Assembly: GCA_951406725.2 (NCBI GenBank)
Contig: OX597824.1
Span: forward strand, 47,802,001-47,866,000
DNA length: 64,000 nucleotides
DNA from: Octopus vulgaris
Taxonomy: Eukaryota
Direction of reading: 5' to 3'
The notes under the pieces are model-generated. The model was not told the DNA's origin. It ran no database searches and was given only the letters and a program-made list of their open reading frames with translations. Below, one piece after another: positions 13,196 to 23,367 of this stretch (position 1 is the stretch's first letter; each line of letters starts with the position of its first letter). The translations under genes were made by a program, and so were the position numbers.

Positions 13196-14549
13196 ATTAT
13201 TACTATTACGATTCTGCAATTTAAATTCCCAGTTCAACTACTTTCTTCTTCAATTTCAACTCCCGCTCGATGACCGCAGCAAGTTCTTAAAAAAAAAAAA
13301 ATTTATCTTACTATATTTTTTTATTCGTTGTTAATACGTTTATTCATACACTGTTACGAAAATTTAACCTTTTTTTAGGATACTTTCAAGCCTTCGCCAT
13401 AACTTGATTTATCTTCCTATCTCTCTCTCTACAATATTTAACCGCAGGCTGCCTCAAGCCGTAATCCCATCTTTTTCCCATCTTTCAGTCATTGGCGGTC
13501 TTCTTTTTCCTCCTCTTCTTCTTCATATGCTAAAACTTGAAAACCGCCATTACTATTACTATTACGATTCTGCAATTTAAATTCCCAGTTCAACTACTTT
13601 CTTCTTCAATTTCAACTCCCGCTCGATGACCGCAGCAAGTTCTTAAAAAATTTATCTTACTATATTTTTTTATTCGTTGTTAATACGTTTATTCATACAC
13701 TGTTACGAAAATTTAACCTTTTTTAGGATACTTTCAAGCCTTCGCCATAACTTGATTTATCTTCCTATCTCTCTCTCTACAATATTTAACCGCAGGCTGC
13801 CTCAAGCCGTAATCCCATCTTTTTCCCATCTTTCAGTCATTGGCGGTCTTCTTTTTCCTCCTCTTCTTCTTCATATGCTAAAACTTGAAAACCGCCATTA
13901 CTATTACTATTACGATTCTGCAATTTAAATTCCCAGTTCAACTACTTTCTTCTTCAATTTCAACTCCCGCTCGATGACCGCAGCAAGTTCTTAAAAAAAA
14001 AAATTTATCTTACTATATTTTTTTTATTCGTTGTTAATACGTTTATTCATACACTGTTACGAAAATTTAACCTTTTTAGGATACTTTCAAGCCTTCGCCA
14101 TAACTTGATTTATCTTCCTATCTCTCTCTCTACAATATTTAACCGCAGGCTGCCTCAAGCCGTAATCCCATCTTTTTCCCATCTTTCAGTCATTGGCGGT
14201 CTTCTTTTTCCTCCTCTTCTTCTTCATATGCTAAAACTTGAAAACCGCCATTACTATTACTATTACGATTCTGCAATTTAAATTCCCAGTTCAACTACTT
14301 TCTTCTTCAATTTCAACTCCCGCTCGATGACCGCAGCAAGTTCTTAAAAAATTTATCTTACTATATTTTTTTATTCGTTGTTAATACGTTTATTCATACA
14401 CTGTTACGAAAATTTAACCTTTTTTAGGATACTTTCAAGCCTTCGCCATAACTTGATTTATCTTCCTATCTCTCTCTCTACAATATTTAACCGCAGGCTG
14501 CCTCAAGCCGTAATCCCATCTTTTTCCCATCTTTCAGTCATTGGCGGTG
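13196..14549 (+). repeat. ~350-bp tandem repeat, ~3.9 copies, nearly identical
   Basis: attacgattctgcaatt starts at 13205, 13561, 13909 and 14262; differences are mostly homopolymer length. Confidence 0.95.
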
Positions 14550-15083
14550 CGCCCGCCCCCACCCCCACCACCAATACCGTTGAACACTGTTCTCACCCCC
14601 ACCACCAATACCGTTGAACACTGTTCTCACCCCCCCACCACCAATACCAGTATACCCCGTTCTCTCCATCTACACCGGATACACCTTACTCATCTACACT
14701 GGGTACGCCCTACTCCCTCCTCCTCCTCCCACTACCACTTCTCCTCATATGCTTAAGACAAGCTGCTAGCGCCATAGCTCATCAACTGCCCACCGATCTT
14801 ACGCTTCCTCCTGACACTGCCTCAATCCGACCATCCCCTTTTAGTACCCTCCCGCCTCGTCAATCCGACCATCCCCTTTAGTACCCTCCCGCCTCGTAAT
14901 ATCCTACGTTTTTATTTCTTAGGAACCTACACCAACCCTTCCTGCCATCGTTCCTCCTTACCCCAACCTTCCCCACTGGTTGCTCCCCTATATTACCCGC
15001 CTCAACTGGACCTCCCCAACTCAACTCTAGAATATCTGTATTTCTTTCCTCTACCTAATTACGTTACTCAGAGACGATAACAA

Positions 15084-18000
15084 ATGTCCACTGCTAACAC
15101 CAGCTCCTGCCCACGGCGTGGTCAGGTTGGAAGAGAGATCAAAAGAAAAATACCACGAAAACTATCACCACCACTACAACCCTCCTCTTCTCAGGCGCCG
15201 AATCCCCCTGTCCCCCCCACATCTCCTTCCCAGTTTTCAGAGTTGGCACTATCAATGTTGGTACATTGACAGGCAAGTCTAGTGAGATTGTAGAGATGCT
15301 AGAGAGAAGACAGGTTGATGTATGCTGCATACAAGAGGTAAGATGGAGAGATGCTTCGGCTAGGGTCCTCACGGGCAAGGCACTTAGATACAAACTCTAC
15401 TGGCAAGGTAACGCGGAAGGTGTAGGGGGTGTAGGCATTCTCCTTGCGGAGGAATGGGTGGATAAGGTCATAGAGGTTGTCAGGGTTTGTGATAGAGTGC
15501 TTAAGCTCAGGTTGGTCCTACAGAGTGGCACAGCTATGATTATCTCAGCCTATGCCCCACAAGCGGGACTACCAAATGATCAGAAGGACAACTTTTATGA
15601 TACCCTTCTGCAGGCTACTTCAAAGACTAGTAACAAGGACCTCATCTTTGTAGGTGGAGATTTTAACGGGCATGTTGGGCGGGAATCGGGTATCTTCACT
15701 GGGGTACATGGTGGATATGGTATTGGCACCAGAAACGATGAGGGAACTAGACTACTGGAATTCTGTGATGCATGTAACCTTTCAATCTGCAACACTAACT
15801 TCAAGAAGCCAGTCTGCCACCTTATAACTTATCAGTCAGGAGACTCCGCTAGCCAAATAGACTTCATCCTCACCAGACAACGGGATGCAGGGTTGCTCTT
15901 GAATACAAAGACCCTCCCGGGTGAAGAATGTATCCCTCAGCATAGACTAATCATCAGTGACTTTAAGCTTGAGGCCAGAAGGACTCCAAGAAACAAACCA
16001 ATCCAGAAAAGAAGGATTTGGAGGCTAAAGAACCCTTCGCATGGTCAGAAATTTAGGGACATACTCATCAAGAAATTTGATGAGAGGGAAGAGGAGCTTC
16101 AGATGTCAGACATAGAAGGTAGCTGGGAATTCCTACGGGACAGCTTGTTGAGTGCCACAGACCAAGTTTGTGGATGGTGCAAAGTCCTTCCAGACCTAGA
16201 ATTACGTGGTGGTGGAATAGTGCAGTAGATAAAGCCATCTGTGAAAAGAGACGGGCCTGGAAAGCCTGGAAGGAGGGGGGCAGCAGGGAACTGTACCAGA
16301 TAGCCAAAAGGGAGGCTGGGCGGCAGGTATACATTGCCAAAGATGTAGCAGAAAAGAAGAAGTTTGCCAATGTCCAGCGTCGCGAGGATCAAAGAGCTGA
16401 AGTATTTCGGATTGCCAGACAGTGTGTCAGAGAAAATAGCGATGTTATAGGAGAGAAATGTGTCCGCATGGATGATGGGGCACTTGCTTTTACTACTAGT
16501 GAAAAGAAAGAGGCTTGGAGAAGCCATTATGAAAGACTGCTAAATGAGGAGAATGAATGGGAGGAGGAGAGCCTGCCAAATGTTGACCCAGTAGAGGGAC
16601 CAGCTACCCGAATAGACAGCTCCCTTGTAGATAAGGCAATTAAGGATATGAAACCAGGCAAAGCCCCTGGCCTATCAGGAATCACTGCTGAGATGCTTAA
16701 AACAGCTGGCTATGTGGGCCATGCCATAGTCACCCGCATTGTAAACCAGGTAGTTCACAATGGAGCCATACCCAATGACTGGTGCAGCAGTACCATAGTC
16801 AACTGCTACAAGGGTAAGGGTGATGCTCTAGATAGAAATAACTACAGAGGTATCAAACTGTTGGACCAGGTGATGAAGGTCTCAGAGAAGGTCATAACCA
16901 ATCTCATTAGGGAGAGAATTTGTTTAGATGAAATGCAGTTCGGTTTTGTACCAGGTAGAAGCACCACTGATGCTATATTCCTGGTCCGACAACTGCAGGA
17001 GAAGTACCTAGCTAAAGATAAACCCCTCTACATAGCTTTTGTAGACTTGGAGAAAGCCTTTGACAGGGTTCCCCGTTCCCTTATCTGGTGGTCGATGCGG
17101 AAACTGGAGATTGAAGAATGGCTAATAAGGGCTGTACAGGCTCTATACAGAGAGGCTGTTAGCAAGGTTAGGATTGGCAACGAATATAGTGAAGAATTCC
17201 GAGTAGAAGTAGGTGTGCACCAGGGCTCAGCCCTCAGTCCCCTTTTGTTCATCATAGTACTTCAAGCAATAACAGAGGAATTCAAAACGGGATGCCCCTG
17301 GGAGCTCCTCTATGCCGATGACCTAGCTCTCATAGCAGAATCACTACCGGAACTAGAAGAGAAATTTCGGGTATGGAAGCAAGGGTTGGAATCAAAGGGC
17401 CTTAGAATAAATGTAGCAAAGACCAAAGTATTAGTAAGCAGCAAGAGGTACTCAACACACATCCCCTCGGGTAGGTGGCCCTGCTCAACCTGTAGGAAAG
17501 GTACAGGTAGAAACTCCATAAGATGCACCCAATGTAAGTTATGGACACATAAGAGGTGCAGCAACATTAAAGGGAAATTAACAGATAAGATAGCTTTCAT
17601 GTGCGGCAGATGCACAGGGACAATAGACACAACAGACACTCAGAAAACAGATTCCATCACACTCCAGGGAGAGAAACTAGAAGTAGTTGATAGTTTCCGC
17701 TACCTGGGAGACCAAGTTAGTAGCGGAGGTGGATGCACAGAGAGTATCACCACTAGAATACGAATAGCCTGGGCAAAGTTCAGAAAGCTCCTACCCCTAC
17801 TGGCAACAAAAGGCCTCTCCCTCAGAGCAAAAGGTAGATTATATGATGCATGTGTGCGAACTGCCATGCTTCACGGTAATGAAACATGGGCTGTGACTGC
17901 AGAAGACATGCGTAGACTTGAAAGAAATGAAGCTAGCATGATCCGCTGGATGTGTAGTGTCAGTGTGCACGCAAAACAGAGTGTAAGTATCCTGAGAGAA

Positions 18001-18423
18001 ATGCTGGATATAAGAAGCATCAGATGTGGTGTGCAAGAGCGACGCTTGCGATGGTATGGTCATGTGCTGCGGATGGATGAAGAGAGATGTGTGAAGAAGT
18101 GCCACTCCCAAACAGTTGAAGGTATCAGGGGGAGAGGTAGACCCAGGAAGACATGGGATGAGGTGGTCAAGCATGACCTCAGAGCATTGGGCCTCACTGA
18201 GGCAATGGCGAAGGACCGAGATCTCTGGAGATATGCTGTGACTACAAAGACCCGGGCTGCTTTCTGCAGCAATTCCACATACCCCCTACCCATTCTAAGT
18301 ACCCCCCTACCCATTCTAAGTACCCCGGATCCCCAAAGTACCCCGGATCCCCAAAGTACCCTGGATCCCCAAAATACCCCAATCCCCAAAGTACCCCGGA
18401 CCTCGTTGCCCCCGTGCCGCTGA
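15084..18423 (+). CDS. RTE polyprotein (APE endonuclease + reverse transcriptase with PHD-like finger), broken by two apparent 1-nt deletions
   Basis: EN motifs INVGTL, CIQEVRW, GDFNGH, QIDFIL (ORF 15266..16228); RT motifs NYRGIKLL, DLEKAFD, HQGSALSP, YADD (ORF 16168..18423); frame jumps near 15205-15230 and ~16187. Confidence 0.9.
18270..18402 (+). repeat. 18-21-bp C-rich minisatellite at the end of the RTE ORF
   Basis: agtaccccctacccattcta x2 and agtaccccggatccccaa x4-5. Confidence 0.85.
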
Positions 18424-18869
18424 CACGTTAAAATGCTCGAATCCGATCGTGACGATGCCGGACCCTCCGGCCCCTGTGCAGGTGGCACGTAAAAAGCACC
18501 CAATCCACTCACGGAGTGGTTGGCGTTAGGAAGGGCATCCAGCCGTAGAAACTCTGCCAGATTCAGACTGGAGCCTGGAGCGGCCCCTGGCTTCCCAGAC
18601 CCGGTCAAACCGTCCAACCCGTGCTAGCGCGGAAAGCGGACGTTAAACGATGATGATGATGATGATGATGATATATATATATATATATAAATAATAAATA
18701 TTAGGGAATAAATCCAAATTTACAGGGAAAAAAATCAGATTTAGGATTAAATCCAATTTTATAGTAAAATATTATAAAATATTATTAGAGACAAAACCAC
18801 TATTTTGCAAAACAAACAAGGAAAGTCTTAATCAATACATAAAATTTTAATAAATAGTCAAAAAAACCG

Positions 18870-18912
18870 CCACTACAATCGTTTCTTGTCTTGATCGACA
18901 ATCTTCAGGTGG
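18870..18912 (-). ncRNA. Minimal hammerhead ribozyme motif (mirror copy)
   Basis: Exact reverse complement of 18962-19004 within the palindrome. Confidence 0.7.
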
Positions 18913-18961
18913 ACTTCAATAAGTCAGTTTCAAATTAAATTTGAAACTGACTTATTGAAGT

Positions 18962-19004
18962 CCACCTGAAGATTGTCGATCAAGACAAGAAACGATTGTA
19001 GTGG
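18962..19004 (+). ncRNA. Minimal type I hammerhead ribozyme motif
   Basis: CCAC-CUGAAGA-UUGUC(gaucaa)GACAA-GAAA-C(gauu)G-UA^-GUGG: full catalytic core, 4-bp stem I, 5-bp stem II, vestigial stem III. Confidence 0.75.
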
Positions 19005-19127
19005 CGGTTTTTTTGACTATTTATTAAAATTTTATGTATTGATTAAGACTTTCCTTGTTTGTTTTGCAAAATAGTGGTTTTGTCTCTAATAATATTTTAT
19101 ATATATATATATATATATCTACATATA

Positions 19128-19399
19128 TATAATAAGATGAGAAAATAGAGAGGTAATTAATAAATTATTATTTATTGATTAAAAAATTGACAAGCATCCC
19201 TTACAGCTGTTTTAATTCCAGACTTCAGAAAATTAATTCAATTAAAAATTTGAAAGTTGAACCTCTTTAGAGGTAGTTAAGGATATACAAAATAATTTTT
19301 AATTTAATTTTCTGAAAGTCTGGAAGTGAAACAACTGTAATGGATGTTTAATTAATAAATAATAATTTATTAATTACTTCTCTATTTTCTCATTATAAT
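19128..19399. repeat. Imperfect ~270-bp inverted repeat with decayed hammerhead-like 3' half
   Basis: atgagaaaatagaga.gtaattaataaattattattt pairs with the right end; arms carry ctgaa..tctgga...(g)aaacagctgtaa.ggatg. Confidence 0.7.
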
Positions 19400-19409
19400 A
19401 AATGAGATC

Positions 19410-19783
19410 TATTAAGTCAAGTACATCAACAACAAAAAATCAAATGGAAATTGTAGTTGTGATACCTGTGCAGTTGGCATGTAAAAAGCACCATCCGAAC
19501 GTGGCCGATGCCAGCGCCACCATGACTGGCTTCCGTGCCGGTGGCACATAAAAAGCACCAACCAATCATGGCCATTGCCAGCCTTGTCTGGCACCTGTGC
19601 CGGTGGTACATAAAAAGCACTCACTACACTCACGGAGTGGTTGGCGTTAGGAAGGGCATCCAGCTGTAGAAACACAGCCAGATCAGACTGGAGCCTGGTG
19701 CAGCCTCCTGGCTTCCCAGACCCTGGTCGAACCGTCCAACCCATGTTAGCATGGAAAACGGACATTAAACGATGATGATGATG
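19410..19783 (+). mobile_element. RTE 3'-tail element with internal subrepeats and (GAT)n end
   Basis: Near-identical reverse copy at 28311-28720. Confidence 0.8.
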
Positions 19784-19935
19784 AAACCATGGTTTATATA
19801 GTTACCTTGCAATTGAGCATTAAATGTAATGTTCAATATTCTTTGTATAGGTAACCAGTACTTTTATAGGATTTTGCTATCCCTGAATGAGATTTTTAAC
19901 CTTTAATTGTACTTCCGTATGTATGTATGTATGTA

Positions 19936-19984
<49 letters not shown>

Positions 19985-20861
19985 ATAGGACAGTTTAGTC
20001 CTTCAAGTCATGCTTAAATAAAGTTACACATTTTTCATAACTGATTTTAGAAGGCACTAACCTTCAAGTTATTTACTAAAACTATATAATTTAAAACCCC
20101 TTTCTCACCAATACGCCCATACTTCAATCATTAGAGGCAAAATAACACATAAATGGCATTCTAAAGGATTTATTCATACCAAGTGCTTTAGGGTGTGGTG
20201 GTCATAAAACTGATTAGAACTCTAGCATTTGATGCCTCCACCATAACTCAAATTTGTAGTAGGTAATGTTCTAAGATAAAGTAAATTGTTAATTGTACAA
20301 TGTTTCTGCTAGCCTCTATGCTAAACCATATCTTCCTAATCATATCTATTTAAAGAGAGGCCATGAAGATACTGCAGTATTGTGAGGACAGGAATTATCA
20401 ATCCGTTCCTTTGTAGACACACTATTGTCATGGTCATCTGTAGTCACCATAAAATATATGTTTTCCAAACAGTTTTATGAAATAAAACAATACAAAGGCA
20501 AATAACATCATTCTAACATCATACTCAGCCTGTTTACAAGTGTCACACAGCTCTAATTGTAAAAAAACAAAGCTAAATTTTTATAAAAAGGTTTTGTAAT
20601 TTTCTAAATGTCTTTCAACATTTAATTTACAAGTCAAACAACAGTTCTTGTGCATGTGAATTGAAATTGTTTTAAGTAACACCATATATCTACAACTGAC
20701 CAGATCTACACCAAATGCACAAAATATCATTTTAAAACCACATCCCTTCCTATTGTTATCTCTGCAGTGCCTCACTCCCTTTTTGGATCCATATTTTGCC
20801 TCGTGCTAACCCCACCACCACCACCAAGTCTCTTAATTCATATGAACAGTAAATGCTTTAA

Positions 20862-21081
20862 CCCTTTAGCATTCAAACTGGCCATATCTAGCTTAAATAC
20901 TCTAAATGTTTTATGTTCAAACAGGCCAGATCAGGCTTCAAACACCTGCCCTACACTGTCATTCTAACCACAAACAACCACATCATTGGAATCTCATAGC
21001 TATGAGATAATACATAACTAATTCAAAACAATATGAATAAATGAGTATTATATTTGACAGAATAATCTGAATGCTAAACGG
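20862..21081. mobile_element. piggyBac-like MITE (~220 bp, TTAA TSD)
   Basis: TTAA-ccctttagcattca...tgaatgctaaacgg-TTAA. Confidence 0.8.
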
Positions 21082-21504
21082 TTAAATTACCCAGTTATCC
21101 CTATTTTCAGACTTAAAGGGCCAGAAAAGTCAGTAAATAATATCCTTGCTTTTTACACATACACCAATAAAACATTTCAAGAATTTTGTTACTTTTCAAT
21201 ATTGGGTTAATTCTGGGCAACGTTTGTTATTTTGACATTATTTTAAATGATGCAAAACAACATAAGTATTGATTACTGATAAGATCCAGAATTAGCTTTC
21301 AGCTGATGGAAAAAAAAAATACCCTGCAGGTTCTGGTAATAAGGATAGAACTTGTGAAATAAAAATGTCACAACATTCAGTATTTTGTAATAGGAATGTC
21401 AATACGGAATTAGTGGTTAAGTTAGGGCAAATGAAAATCTTACCATTCACTTGTGAGCTGAGATAGAATTAAACAAAAACACATATTGTATATATACAAA
21501 GATT

Positions 21505-21712
21505 TCACATTTTGGCACAAGGCCAGCAATATCAGGGGAGTGGGTGAGTCGATTATATGGATCCCAGTGTTCAATTGGTACTTATTTTCTTAACTCTGAA
21601 AGGATGAGAAGCAAAGTTGACCTTGGCAGAATTTGAACTGAGAACATAAAGACAGAAATGTTTCTAAACATTTTGCTTGGCATTCTAATGATTCTGCCAG
21701 TTCTCTGCTTTA
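21505..21712 (-). mobile_element. Deu/Nin-like SINE copy
   Basis: Similar to the reverse complement of the 907-1137 family. Confidence 0.7.
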
Positions 21713-23280
21713 TTGTATATATATATATATTTGAAATCTAACATATCATGTGATATGACCTGCAACTGAAACTAGATGCATTCCACTCAAAAAAGATGAA
21801 AAAAAAGTGGAAGACCACCAAAACCAGCTTAATTTTCAATTTTCTATGTTGGCAAGAGTGAAATAAATTTGTTTAATGGCATATTTGCCATCATCCCTAC
21901 CTGAACTAATTTCAATGTGACCAATTTAAATATTCTCTTGTGAAGATCCTATCATTTCAATATGTCAGCATAAGGTGAACAAGTTTGCAGTACAGTATAT
22001 GTCTGAATGTTTTGATTCTGCATAATCTTTCACAAGACCCAACATCCTCAAATGTGACCCATGGTTTCTTCCTGATGACTTGGTTTTCTTGCTTACACCA
22101 TGGATAGCTTCCACTCTGTTTGCAGAACCCTATTAATTGGCAGGTATTGTCAATTGCCCCCAAAGTTACTTCTGTACATATTGCACAATTCTGTCAATGT
22201 AAAACTGCTTTCTGGTTCTTTACATTCAGTTTTTTATGTACATAATAGACTATACTTAGCCTGTTTTAAACAGAAATTGGTTGTCCTTTGGAAAAGATTC
22301 AGTTAATATACATTGCAATAATGATTTTAAAATGAATAATTTGGTGCTAATAAGTTAATGCATGTAGCTCAAGACAGCCCACCCAACCTGAGGCTAGTGG
22401 GTGGATGAGGATTGATGATCAGAAATAATAGGCGAACAAGCATTAAGCTACAGCCAAAAAGTTAAATGGTTTCTAGCTAATTATATATCATCTTCTTTTC
22501 AGTCCACCTGATACATTAGTCTATCCTGTGTCTTACTACATTAAATACTATACCCAATCCTTTTACCTCCAGTATTTCATACCTACCAACTTATTTTCAG
22601 TAGACATCCACTTACAGATATTGAAAATGGACGTAAACTAAAGAGTTAGTAAAGGTTTTTGGGCTCCTTTGACCTAAGTAAACCATATAAATAAATGTCA
22701 TCTAATGAGGAAGGTATATTTTGAATATCTTGCTAATTCTTGCTAACATTGAAAATAAAACAGAAAAGGCCTATGATGATCTCAAAAAAAGAATTCAATA
22801 TTTAACAAGAATGAAATTTCTGAGAACTAGCAAAACAAATATTACAGTAATGTTTTTAAAAAAAATTTTTTTTTTCTTAAAGCTGAGCTCTCAAGTGAGT
22901 TAATTTGATGAAATATTTATAAGTAATGGTAGTAAATAGAAAATGCTTTCTAAAATTTAAATGCTAAAGGCATCAAAGGAAATAGTGTAGCAGCCGTAAC
23001 TTGCTGCAACAGCAGAGGGTGTTAATAGAAGCCAGGTAAAGAAAATCTACTGTAATACAGAGTCAATGGGAAGATCATGTAGGGGAGAATCAAAATCAGG
23101 TCAATTATTGATCTGAAGAGAAATCACTAGAATGATCTTTAGGGCGAAAATTCTTTGTACAATTGAACTTCTTCAAAACAAAATAAACATACAAACATTG
23201 AACACACAACCATACAAATGTTAATCACACTTGAACATAGAATGTGTAACATATTTTTCCTTTGTTCATATTTAACTTAC

Positions 23281-23367
23281 TAAAATTGTAGACCGCCCTT
23301 TCTGTCTGCGACGAGCTAATTTGGGTGTGTTGCTTATATCAAATGCCATGCTTGGTCGGCCAGTATA
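23281..23367 (-). CDS. NUMA1: NuMA-like exon ([29 protein letters not shown])
   Basis: 87 nt, phase 0 to 0, ttttcag/gtaagt; matches NuMA SMAFSILNTPK. Confidence 0.85.

Larger units (their letters stand above)
13196..18670 (+). mobile_element. Near full-length RTE-clade LINE with tandem 5' monomers
   Basis: (AT)8-9 on both flanks, 350-bp monomer array, C-rich leader, APE+RT ORF, 3' UTR and (GAT)n tail. Confidence 0.85.
18773..19101. repeat. Perfect 329-bp palindrome (164-bp arms, 1-nt spacer at 18937), probably an inverted Penelope-like pLTR
   Basis: Arms checked at the ends, centre and A7/T7 run (paired positions sum to 37874); flanked by (AT)n. Confidence 0.9.

Noticed and set aside
13196-14549. 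Retrozyme (tandem hammerhead repeat) or coding repeat (ORFs 13677, 14378)
   Set aside because: No CUGAnGA...GAAA core found in the monomer on either strand by eye; the ORFs start at TTG and have no recognisable motif
16068-18617. Minus-strand ORFs over the RTE
   Set aside because: Antisense shadows of the RTE coding sequence and its repeats
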